From IMG/VR virus record IMGVR_UViG_3300017747_002190, positions 1 through 54,501 of that record: 54,501 nucleotides of DNA; one strand, 5' to 3'. The notes beneath the pieces were generated by a model that was given only the letters and a program-made list of their open reading frames with translations, was not told the DNA's origin and did no database searches. Below, in pieces: positions 34,242-43,200 of this stretch (its first letter is position 1; each line of letters opens with the position of its first letter). Position numbers and translations under genes: made by a program. The stretch is from a virus (Duplodnaviria; Caudoviricetes).

Positions 34242-34924
34242 CTCCCCTGATCGCCCAGATGGCCGGCCTCGTGCCCGAGGAGGCCATCAAATACCACTGG
34301 TTCGAAATGCCCGACCCGGGCCAGCCGGTGCAGGTCGACGCCGAAGTGATGTCTCGGCGATTGCCGTTCCCGAAGGTCGCCGTTGCCTGCCAACTGAAAA
34401 GCAACCGGCTCGTGCTCCTGCTGGTTCAGACCGAGCAGATCACCGGCTGCGTGCCGATGCTCCTCGGCCCCCGAGGCATGAGCTCCGGCAAGGCGTTTGG
34501 CTACGTCGTACAGGACGGCGAGGTCCGCGTCTGGCACCACGACCGCACGCCGTTCGACCCGAAGACGAGCGGGGCGGCCGGGTATGCGCCGCTGATCGCC
34601 GCGTTCCTGCGCAGCCTGGACACCGGGCCCGTGGCCGCCTATCAGCCTGCGCTGCGGCCGAACCACGCCAAACGCGTGCGCCAGGGCAAGGCGCCTCATT
34701 ACGACTGGGAGACGATCGTCATCGAGCCGCCGCAGCCCAAGGCGGCCCCGCAGGGCGGCACGCACGCCAGCCCCAGGTGGCATGAGCGCCGCGGGCACTG
34801 GCGCACGACCCGCTCGGGAAAGCGCTGCTGGGTGCGCCACTGTGAAGTCGGCGACAGGGCCCTGGGCGCGGTGTTCCACGACTACAAAATAAACCCAGCG
34901 GGTTCTTCGGGTATTGCATCATGA
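34238..34924 (+). CDS. Hypothetical protein with GGTHASPR-H-RRGHWR motif (paralog of 26745-27413)
   Basis: MTPLI start; QGGTHASPRWHERRGHWR...GKRCWV...C.VG...GAVFHDY. Confidence 0.75.
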   Translation: MTPLIAQMAGLVPEEAIKYHWFEMPDPGQPVQVDAEVMSRRLPFPKVAVACQLKSNRLVLLLVQTEQITGCVPMLLGPRGMSSGKAFGYVVQDGEVRVWHHDRTPFDPKTSGAAGYAPLIAAFLRSLDTGPVAAYQPALRPNHAKRVRQGKAPHYDWETIVIEPPQPKAAPQGGTHASPRWHERRGHWRTTRSGKRCWVRHCEVGDRALGAVFHDYKINPAGSSGIAS

Positions 34925-34985
34925 TCTAAGTTCGGGTTACACTGTCATCACTGCAGCACGCAGGACAGCGAACCAGGAGCGAATC
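34914..34985 (+). promoter_or_regulatory. Promoter/leader cassette P3
   Basis: TTGCAT-N18-TACACT; CTGC-agcac-GCAG; ACAGCGAA; AGGAG SD. Confidence 0.75.
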
Positions 34986-35444
34986 ATGAGCCAGCCCTTC
35001 GAGACCCAGACTTGCACGCGGTGCGCCGGCAGCGGCAAGTTCTCCTTCAACATGATGCACGGCGATCGCTGCTACGGTTGCGGCGGTACTGGGCATCAGT
35101 TCACCGCGCGGGGCAAGGCCGCCAACGCTCACTTCACGTCGTTGCTGCAGCGCAAGGTCGCCGACTTGAAGGTTGGGGAGTTCGTCAAGACCTGGGTCGT
35201 TCTCGGTGGCCGCGATGTGTGGTGCATCGTTGAGGCTATCAGGGAAGACGCGCTGAATCCCGGCATGGTGTACATCGACCTGAAATCCATCAAGTCCGGG
35301 CGGGGAATGACCTGTGGGCAGTGGTTGATCAGCGACGTCACGTCCGTTGTGTCGCAAGCTGATCTCGATGCCAAGAAGGCCGAGGCAGTTGCCTATCAGG
35401 CGACGCTGACCAAGGCGGGTAAGGTCTCCAAGAAAGCCAAGTGA
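34986..35444 (+). CDS. Protein with an N-terminal DnaJ-type CxxCxGxG zinc finger
   Basis: CTRCAGSG...CYGCGGTG. Confidence 0.75.
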   Translation: MSQPFETQTCTRCAGSGKFSFNMMHGDRCYGCGGTGHQFTARGKAANAHFTSLLQRKVADLKVGEFVKTWVVLGGRDVWCIVEAIREDALNPGMVYIDLKSIKSGRGMTCGQWLISDVTSVVSQADLDAKKAEAVAYQATLTKAGKVSKKAK

Positions 35445-35448
35445 TCTG

Positions 35449-35525
35449 AGGGGGCTTGCGCCCCTTCAAGATGTAACCTACACTTGCACTACTGCATCAC
35501 GCAGGACAGCGAAAGAAAGCGAATC
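35449..35525 (+). promoter_or_regulatory. Promoter/leader cassette P4, with a hairpin over the -35 element
   Basis: TTGCGC-N17-TACACT; GGGGC-ttgc-GCCCC hairpin; CTGC-atcac-GCAG; ACAGCGAA. Confidence 0.7.
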
Positions 35526-35783
35526 ATGACCAAGCAACTCCTCCGCGCCGAGCGACAGTACGAAATCCTCCACCAGTCCACGGTGGCGGGCATCCCCTGC
35601 CTCGTGGGGGTGATCGAACTGTTCACCGACACCAGCGACGGCTGGGCCCGTCCGCAGGTGTGCTTCACCTTCGACATCTTGGACCGCCGCGGCTACCCGG
35701 CGCCCTGGCTGGAGGCCAAGCTGGACCACTCTGTGGCCGGCAACGATGAGGCGCGGTTCCTGGCCGAGATCCGCCATTCCTGA
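35526..35783 (+). CDS. Hypothetical early protein
   Basis: VAGIPC...FDILDRRGYPAPWLEAKL. Confidence 0.7.
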   Translation: MTKQLLRAERQYEILHQSTVAGIPCLVGVIELFTDTSDGWARPQVCFTFDILDRRGYPAPWLEAKLDHSVAGNDEARFLAEIRHS

Positions 35784-35811
35784 GTAGACCTAGGGGGCAT
35801 TCAAGACCCCC

Positions 35812-35874
35812 TTGTGCGTTACCGGAAACAGGTCTACAGTTCACCCATCGCAACACGCAACCCGGAGCAGCAAC
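35812..35874 (+). promoter_or_regulatory. Promoter/leader cassette P5
   Basis: TTGTGC-N17-TACAGT; gcaacacgca leader; GGAG SD; preceded by an AGGGGG/CCCCCT hairpin. Confidence 0.62.
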
Positions 35875-36174
35875 ATGACAACCCTCTACAAAAAGTGCCC
35901 GCGCTGCAGCGGCACCGGCATCTACGCCCAACGCGGCTTTTGTTTCGCCTGTAACGGTGAAGGCGCCTACGCCGCCGATTCGTTCCTGAGGGTTCTTGGC
36001 AAGTCCGGTGAGTTCTTCGGCATCACCGGCCCGGTGGTCAGCGGCAAGCAGTTCAAAGGCATCGCCCGCGGCGCCAGCGATCTGATTGACGGGTACACCG
36101 CCAAGGTCATCACCGAAGAGCAGGCCCGTGCGTTCTTCAAGCGTTACGGTGTCAGCACCGAGGTGGCGGCATGA
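35875..36174 (+). CDS. Protein with an N-terminal DnaJ-type CxxCxGxG zinc finger
   Basis: CPRCSGTG...CFACNGEG. Confidence 0.72.
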   Translation: MTTLYKKCPRCSGTGIYAQRGFCFACNGEGAYAADSFLRVLGKSGEFFGITGPVVSGKQFKGIARGASDLIDGYTAKVITEEQARAFFKRYGVSTEVAA

Positions 36175-36371
36175 TGAACCGAGAAGAAGCGATCGACTTC
36201 GGTCGATTCAGCGCCGTAGTTGCTCTGGATCAAAAGCTCGTCGGAGATGCGTTCGACGACTGCCGCGAGAACATACGTTGCACCTTGATGGAAAACAGAG
36301 CCAGCCAGTGGGAATACGAGGCATGGGATGCTTTTGATGATCACATCGCCGCCAACAGGAAGCACACATGA
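36171..36371 (+). CDS. Small acidic hypothetical protein
   Basis: ATGA coupling; GAGG SD. Confidence 0.6.
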   Translation: MMNREEAIDFGRFSAVVALDQKLVGDAFDDCRENIRCTLMENRASQWEYEAWDAFDDHIAANRKHT

Positions 36372-36592
36372 ACCCTGATACCGCCATCGCCACCCTGCGC
36401 AGGCAGTCGCAGACAGCTCAGCGCGTGGCCGCCATGCGTCAGCGTCGAGCCGAGGCTGGTCTGACACGCCTGGAGCTCTATGTCCACCCGGACGATCATG
36501 CGGCCGTCAAGGCCATGGCGAAGGCGCTGTCAGACCAAAGACAATGTAAGTCTGACCGTGCAAAAACACAGTCAAAACCGATACAATCGTAA
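36368..36592 (+). CDS. Small putative DNA-binding protein (RHH/antitoxin-like)
   Basis: QRVAAMRQRRAEAGLTRLELYVHPDDHAAVK. Confidence 0.55.
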   Translation: MNPDTAIATLRRQSQTAQRVAAMRQRRAEAGLTRLELYVHPDDHAAVKAMAKALSDQRQCKSDRAKTQSKPIQS

Positions 36593-36663
36593 TGTCCGCT
36601 GCATCTAGGCCATGCAGTTCCGCATGGTCAGATAACCCAGCGGGTTTCTGAGGAGAAGAGGAA

Positions 36664-36918
36664 ATGGCGAGGATCGTTTACGTCGTCGAGGCCGAGGGCA
36701 TCCCGACCCGGCTGATCGAGGCAACGCAGAGCACCCAGGCGCTGGCGTATGCCGCCCGCACAACCTACGCCGTGCGCAAGGCGTCGCAGCAGGACCTGAT
36801 CAAGCTGCTGCGTGAGGGCGTCAGCGTGGAGGCGTCGGTCGCCGAGCCGGATCTCTTCGAGCCCGAGCCGAAGGTCAGCATCGACAACGCCGGCAACGTC
36901 GTCACCCTGGCGGCATGA
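36664..36918 (+). CDS. Hypothetical protein
   Basis: Strong GAGGA SD; RLIEATQSTQALAYAAR...VRKASQQDLI. Confidence 0.7.
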   Translation: MARIVYVVEAEGIPTRLIEATQSTQALAYAARTTYAVRKASQQDLIKLLREGVSVEASVAEPDLFEPEPKVSIDNAGNVVTLAA

Positions 36919-37190
36919 GCCCCTCCGACTGGATCACCATCCCGCAGGTGGCCCGCGCGATGAGCGTTGAGCTCGCGCCGCGGGAGTCGTGGTCCATCGG
37001 ATCCGAGGTGGCCACGATGTACCAGCGCAGGGTCGGCGCACAGCCGCCCAAGGACCTGCGGCCGAAGACGTCGGGCAGCGGCTCTCACTGCTTCGCCGTC
37101 TACCCTCCCGCCTGGGAGAAGACCATCAGGCAGGTCATCGAGTCGCACGTCGCCGATCGCCGACAGCAGAACACCCTCTTCGAGGACTGA
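36915..37190 (+). CDS. Hypothetical protein
   Basis: ATGA coupling; 91 aa. Confidence 0.65.
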   Translation: MSPSDWITIPQVARAMSVELAPRESWSIGSEVATMYQRRVGAQPPKDLRPKTSGSGSHCFAVYPPAWEKTIRQVIESHVADRRQQNTLFED

Positions 37191-37191
37191 C

Positions 37192-37608
37192 ATGGACAGT
37201 ACCGACATCGAGATCCGCGCCGCCTCCTACTGCCTGCAGCGCACCTGCCACGGTCTGGCCAGGGACTGCGGCTGGTGGACGGACGGCGCCGGCAACAACC
37301 AAGCGCACACCTACAAGCCGGAGTTCAGCTACCCCCACGGCCGCAACATCGGAGAGATGCTCTGCCTGATCCACAGTGAGATCAGCGAGGCCATGGAAGG
37401 CGCCAGGAAGGGCCTCTACGACGACAAGCTCCCCCATCGCCCGATGTTGGAGGTAGAGCTCGCCGACGCCGTAATCCGGATCTACGACATGGCCGGCGGA
37501 CTCAACCTCGACCTGGGAGGCGCAATCGCCGAGAAGCTCCAGTACAACGCCCAGCGAGCAGACCACAAGCCCGAGAACCGCAGGCAACCCGGCGGCAAAG
37601 CGTTCTGA
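37192..37608 (+). CDS. MazG-like nucleotide pyrophosphohydrolase
   Basis: LIHSEISEAMEGARK...EVELADAVIRIYD...EKLQYN (EXXE/EXXD metal motifs). Confidence 0.85.
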   Translation: MDSTDIEIRAASYCLQRTCHGLARDCGWWTDGAGNNQAHTYKPEFSYPHGRNIGEMLCLIHSEISEAMEGARKGLYDDKLPHRPMLEVELADAVIRIYDMAGGLNLDLGGAIAEKLQYNAQRADHKPENRRQPGGKAF

Positions 37609-37635
37609 TACCCTCACCCACAAGGAGAGAGCATC

Positions 37636-38109
37636 ATGGGACGCCCCACCACCTACAGACCAGAGATCGCAGCCAAGATCTGCAGCCGCCTCTCCAACGG
37701 AGAACCGCTGTCCACCATCTGCAAAGCAGAAGGCATCGCCGTCTCCACGGTGTATGAGTGGCTGAACCGCGAGCCGTCTTTCTCGGAGGCTTACGCGCGC
37801 GCTCGGGAGGATCAGGCGGACACGCTGGCGGCCGAGATCACGGCGCTGTCTGATGAGCCGCCGCGGCTGATCGAGGACGAGAAGGGCGTGGCCCGGGTTG
37901 ATTCCGCTTGGGTGCAGTGGCAGAAGAACCGGGTCGACGCCCGCAAGTGGGTGGCGGCCAAGCTCAAGCCGAAGAGCTACGGCGATCGAGTCCAGGTGGC
38001 TGGCGACGCCGATGCGCCGCTGAAACTCGACGCTGAGGTCAACGCTGAGAAGCTCTTCAAGACCATCCTTGAGCACGCCCAACTGACGCGGCAGGCCGCC
38101 GGCTCATAA
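37636..38109 (+). CDS. terS: Terminase small subunit
   Basis: GRPTTY...ICSRLSNGEPLSTIC...STVYEWL...YARARE...DARKW...KLKPKSYGD. Confidence 0.85.
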   Translation: MGRPTTYRPEIAAKICSRLSNGEPLSTICKAEGIAVSTVYEWLNREPSFSEAYARAREDQADTLAAEITALSDEPPRLIEDEKGVARVDSAWVQWQKNRVDARKWVAAKLKPKSYGDRVQVAGDADAPLKLDAEVNAEKLFKTILEHAQLTRQAAGS

Positions 38110-38215
38110 GCGCAGGCTATGACGCCGGGCGCCGAGTGTCGAAATTCCCGGGCTGAGACTGGCGGCCCATAGGAAACCTCAATGATGCGCCGCAGCAATG
38201 CGGCCGACTGGCATG

Positions 38216-38476
38216 CGATCACGACAATCCCTGAGCACGAACCATCGGCTGGCCTGGAAGCTGGCGGCCGAGCCGATGACCGCGGCTGAACTGATCGAGG
38301 CGGCGCCCGGCACGACGCCGCAGATCCTAGACAACATGGTCCGCCTCAACATCCTGACGCTGCGTGGCGGGCTGTACCGCTCCGTGCCCGGGCTGGAGGT
38401 GCCACGGCATGAGGCGCCGCGGCAGTCGATCCAGGCCGCCAGCGTTTGGGAGTACGCCCGGAGGTGCGCGGCGTGA
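38216..38476 (+). CDS. Hypothetical protein (possible winged helix); start uncertain
   Basis: PMTAAELI...ILDNMVRLNILTLRGGLY...SVWEYA. Confidence 0.5.
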   Translation, partial: RSRQSLSTNHRLAWKLAAEPMTAAELIEAAPGTTPQILDNMVRLNILTLRGGLYRSVPGLEVPRHEAPRQSIQAASVWEYARRCAA

Positions 38477-38682
38477 CCGACGACGAGATCGCCCAGTTCA
38501 TGGGCTGGAGCCGGGAGACGACGGCCAGGATGTCAGGCGACCCCGAGTCGTTCGTCGGGCGCACGCGCAGGCTCGTAGACGAGGCTCAGAGGCGCGAGCG
38601 CGAGCGCTGGGAGGGTGCCCTACGGTCGGAGTCCAGGACGCCGCCCTGCGCCCTCCTGAAGGCCTGCGGTGGACCTCGCTGA
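38473..38682 (+). CDS. Hypothetical protein
   Basis: GTGA coupling; MTDDEIAQFMGWSRET. Confidence 0.5.
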   Translation: MTDDEIAQFMGWSRETTARMSGDPESFVGRTRRLVDEAQRRERERWEGALRSESRTPPCALLKACGGPR

Positions 38683-40093
38683 GTCGCTGGAGGCGCCAGA
38701 CGTACAGGCGGCGCTGAAGGCCCTGCCGCCGGAGAAGCGGCTGGCGTACCTCTGGCGGTTGCGGTGGCTGCAGACGGCGCATGCTCATCAGGTGCTGCCG
38801 TCGGGGGACTGGTGGTCGGTCTGGCTGATGCTGGCAGGCCGGGGCGCCGGCAAGACCCGGACGGCCGCCGAGCAGATCGGCTGGTGGGCCTGGGAGAACC
38901 CGGGCACGCGCTGGCTGGTGGCCGCCCCGACGTCGTCTGACGTGCGGGGGACGTGCTTCGAGGGCGACTCGGGGCTGATGGCCGTCATCCCGGCGCCGCT
39001 GATCGCTGACTACAACAAGGCGCTGCACGAGCTCCGGCTGACCAACGGCAGCCTGATCAAGGGCATCCCTGCCTCAGAGCCCGAGCGCTTCCGGGGCCCG
39101 CAGTTTCACGGGGCGTGGTGCGACGAGCTCGCCGCCTGGGACTACCTGCAGGAGTCGTGGGACCAGATCCAGTTCGGCGTGCGCCTGGGGGCCAAGACCA
39201 GGACGGTCATCACGACGACGCCGAAGCCCAAGGACCTGATCATCGAACTGCTGGGCCGGGAGGGCGACGACGTCGTGGTCACCCGGGCGTCGACGTATGC
39301 CAACCTGGGCAACCTGAGCGATAACTTCCGCCGTCAGATCATGCAGTACGAGGGCACGACGCTCGGCCGCCAGGAGATTCACGCCGAGATCATCGACCCC
39401 GAGGAGGGCGGCATCGTCAAGCGGGACAGCTTCAAGCTGTGGCCGGCGGCGAAGGCCTTCCCGAAGTTCGAGTACATCCTGCAGAGCTACGACTGCGCGA
39501 CGTCCGAGAAGACCCAGAACGACCCGACGGCGTCGAGCACCTGGGGCGTGTTCAAGCCGGAAGACGGGCCGATGAGCGCGATGCTGATCGACTGCTGGCA
39601 GGACCGGCTGCAGTACCCTGACCTGCGGCCGAAGGTGGTCGACGAGTACGAGACGGTATTCGAGTCGGGCACGGACGGCCGGGATCGCAAGCGGGTCGAC
39701 CTGATCCTGATTGAAGACAAGTCTGCGGGCATCTCGCTGATCCAGGACTTGCAGCGGGCGCATCTGCCGGTGAGGGCGTACAACCCCGGGAAGGCGGACA
39801 AGGTGCAGCGGCTGAACATCGTGTCGCACATCATTGCGCGGGGCCGGGTGTGGATTCCTGAGTCGACGCAGCGGCCTGGGTATGTGCGAGACTGGGCGGA
39901 GCCGCTGGTGTCGCAGGTGTGTGCATTCCCGCAGACGACGCACGATGACCTTGTTGATACGCTAACGCAGGCGCTGCGATTCCTGCGCGATTCTGGGTGG
40001 CTGGAGGTTGATCCTCCGCCGCAGGATGATTGGGACGAGGACGACTACGCAGACACTGGTCGGCCGAAGAGGGAGAATCCGTATGCCGCGTGA
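38669..40093 (+). CDS. terL: Terminase large subunit
   Basis: Walker A AGRGAGKT, Walker B AWCDE, TTTP motif III; nuclease motifs SYDCA, IEDKSAG and HDDLVD. Confidence 0.95.
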   Translation: MDLAESLEAPDVQAALKALPPEKRLAYLWRLRWLQTAHAHQVLPSGDWWSVWLMLAGRGAGKTRTAAEQIGWWAWENPGTRWLVAAPTSSDVRGTCFEGDSGLMAVIPAPLIADYNKALHELRLTNGSLIKGIPASEPERFRGPQFHGAWCDELAAWDYLQESWDQIQFGVRLGAKTRTVITTTPKPKDLIIELLGREGDDVVVTRASTYANLGNLSDNFRRQIMQYEGTTLGRQEIHAEIIDPEEGGIVKRDSFKLWPAAKAFPKFEYILQSYDCATSEKTQNDPTASSTWGVFKPEDGPMSAMLIDCWQDRLQYPDLRPKVVDEYETVFESGTDGRDRKRVDLILIEDKSAGISLIQDLQRAHLPVRAYNPGKADKVQRLNIVSHIIARGRVWIPESTQRPGYVRDWAEPLVSQVCAFPQTTHDDLVDTLTQALRFLRDSGWLEVDPPPQDDWDEDDYADTGRPKRENPYAA

Positions 40094-40253
40094 GTCGCCG
40101 GTGGTGGCCGTGTTGGAGCGGCACGAGATGCTGGACAGGGAGGTGGAGGTGGTGGAACATCTGCCTACGCCGCAGTGCTGGTGTTTCCCGAGGCTGGAGT
40201 TTGTGGACCCGGAGACTGGCAACGAGGTGTGGATTCACCACGAGCCGCATTAG
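40083..40253 (+). CDS. Small His/Cys protein
   Basis: EHLPTPQCWCFP...GNEVWIHH; GGAG SD. Confidence 0.6.
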   Translation: MPRESPVVAVLERHEMLDREVEVVEHLPTPQCWCFPRLEFVDPETGNEVWIHHEPH

Positions 40254-40261
40254 GGGTGACG

Positions 40262-43200
40262 ATGGACTTGATGGACGACGAACTGCGCCGGGTGCTGTCT
40301 GGGTCGGTTGATGCCCCGACGGACTCGATGGCGAGAGAGCTTGCCCGCCTGCGAGTGCGCGATCGTGGTCCGACGGCGACGGAGAGGGCTGCGGCGTCGC
40401 AGCCGTCGTTCAGGATGCCGAGCTCTGGCCGGCGGCGTCCGGAGCAGCGTGGCGGCGGTGAGGCGCTGGAGACCCTGGGGTCGGCGATTGCTGGCAGTGT
40501 GCCTGCTGGGCTGGCTGGTGCGGCGGTGCTGCCTTTCCAGGGGCCTGAAGGGGCCGCCAAGACGATCAATCGGGTGCAGGACTACCTGACCATTGACCCG
40601 CAGACAGAGGGCGGCGTACGGGCTCTGAGGGGCATTGCCGGGGCACTGTCGCCATTGGGTGCGCCGGCCCAGGCTGCCGGTGATGTCACGCTGAGGGCGA
40701 CGGGCTCTCCGCTGCTGGCCACCGGTGCGGAGTTGCTGGCTGACCCTCTGAACCTGCTGGGGATCGGTGCTACTGCCAAGCCTGTTGCGCGTGCGGCTGC
40801 GGCTGGTGCCCGGCAGGCTGGGAAGGCGGCGAAGGCCACCGGGCAGAGCCTGGGCCCGAAGGCGGCGGAGATGGCCGAGGCGTACATGCGCCGGTCTGGC
40901 ATGACGCCGGAGATCACGACGTACCACGGGACGCCGCACACCTTCCCTGCTGAGCCCGGGCTGCCGCTGGGCCGGTTCCGCGCCGAGAAGATCGGCAGCG
41001 GTGAGGGCGCTCAGGCGTATGGGCATGGCATATATGTGGCCGAAACTCCTGATGTCGCAAAACAATATAGAAAAGAATTGGCTACAGACGTCAAAATTGA
41101 CGGCCAACCTTTTATGGTTGGCGGAAAGAAAATATCCACAACTGGCAACAGAACAATTGATGATTTTTTGACTTGGCACGTTGGGGATGTGGAAGAGGCA
41201 ATAAAAGCTGCGGAACGAATGGGATTTAATGAATACATACCAAAATTAGAAAACCTTAAGGGCCGTATTGAGAAAGTTCAGGGCGGTTCCTTCTACACCG
41301 TCGACCTCCCCGACCCAATGGTCGACCGCATGCTGGATTGGGACAAGCCGGTCAAAGAGCAGTCTCAGCAAGTACAGAAAATCATTCAGCAGCTTGTGTC
41401 CCAAGAAGTTGGGCAAGAAAAGGCTGCAGAACTGATGTTGCGTGATTCATTTACTGGGCAAAATGCCATGTTGCATTTGCCCGCAAAGTCTTCTATCGAA
41501 GATTCTCAAGTGTTGCGGCGTGCTGGCATCCCGGGCATCAAGTACCTAGACGAGGGCTCCAGAGGCGCTGGAGAGGGCACGCGCAACTTTGTCGTGTTCC
41601 CGGGCGAAGAGGACAAGCTGACCATCCTGCAGCGCAATGACGAGAAGCTGCCAACGAAGAAGGCCGATGGTGGCCTGATTGGAGAAACCATGAGCTACAC
41701 CACTGCGGCCGACACCATTGCTGACAAGCTGATGCGCCAGGGCATGGATCCTGACCAAGCGTTCATGACGGCGCTGCGGATGTCTGACGCGCGGATGAAG
41801 GCTGGCGGTGCTGTGCTGATGGCGGGCGGCGGAGATGCGGAGCGTGAGTTGACGCTCCAGGCCCGCAACCGCAATCTTGCGGCGCTGGACCGCGGTCTTG
41901 CCCCGAGGGCTCGCAAGACCTGGGACGGCCCGATGATTGACCGTCCCATTGTGAACGGCAAGGCGCTGGTGAGCGCTGAGGAGCTCGCTGACTTCCGCCG
42001 CCGGTTCGGCGAGAAGATGACGCTGCGCGACCTGCTGAACGCTGACAAGGGACGTGGCCCGTCTGGGGCTATGCCGGCCGCCAGAGGCGCTCAGGGCGCG
42101 AATGTGGCGCCCAGGGGCCCGCTTATCCGTCCTGATGAGGCTGCAACGCTGCCGCCTGTGGGGCTGTCGGACATCCCTGGCTTGGTCATGCGTGGCATGG
42201 CAGAAGGGGCAGAGCGCGTGCCGGCCGGGCGTGGCGCTGGGGCGGCGTTTGTCGGCGCTGGGGCGCCGCGTGCGGCGATGGCGGCCAAGACGCTGCGTGA
42301 TCATCCGTCGATCACTCCTGCGCAACGTCAGATGCTCAAGGAGATGGAGGACTACATCAGCGGGCTGAACCAAGCCGATCGGCCGGCGGTGGACCCGAAG
42401 ATCCGTGCGCTGGAGGAGCGGCTTGAGCCCCCAATGGCGGGCGGCGGGGCGGCGAGGAAGCTGACCGCGCGTGCGGCGGCCAGGGCTGAGGCAAGGCTTG
42501 CCGAGAAGGCGGCGAAGGAAGCGGCTGAGAGGGCGGCGAAGCAGGCGGCGATCGACGCAAGAACTCCGACTGAGCGGGCCGTGGTTGAGAAGTTCGGGCA
42601 GAAGCAGGAGCAGGAAGCCGCTCGGGCGAAGAAGGTGGAGCAGATCAGTCAGGCGGATGCCCCGCAGCGGGACGTCAAGCCTGCCGGCCGGCGCGTCAAG
42701 GTTGCGCCTGACGTGTACCGCGTCATGGCTGACACGCAAGGCGACGCAGCCGTGCTGCAGGCGGCCAGGGCCGGGCAGCACCTGAAGCCCACCCCGCAGG
42801 GCTACGTTGGTGCGCCTCGCACGGTGACCAACCCGCAGGCGCTTGGCGGCATGCGAAGGGCCATGGACAAAGACTTCGCGGACGCGGTGGAGGCTGTTCG
42901 ACTTGCGGATCCGGAGCGGCTCGGGACGTGGTACGACCGGGCCAAGCAAGGGATCGCCGAGAGCGCTGAACCGTACCAGTTGCCTCGCACACTGGAGCAG
43001 CATGGCGTCTACTCTGCTGGCGTCAGCCCTGAGTCAGAGTTGGGGTTCGCGCTCAAGCACCTGAACAGCCGAGCGGCCGGTGAGCCGGCGATGGCGTACC
43101 GGGGCGCCCCAATGCGCAACCTGGACGAGGCCGTCGCTCAGAACCGACCAGCGAACATGGGGTTCAAGATCGGCGAGTACATGAACAAGAACGACCCGCG

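Noticed and set aside
32876-35874. Repeated intergenic motifs as mini-CRISPR or integron attC sites
   Set aside because: Spacing is irregular (350-1150 bp), the motifs match sigma70 promoter geometry, and there is no attC-like long palindrome or integrase.
38110-38215. Intergenic gap after TerS as a tRNA, ncRNA or pac site
   Set aside because: Only weak, short stems and no cloverleaf or T-loop signature; nothing supportable without read-terminus data.
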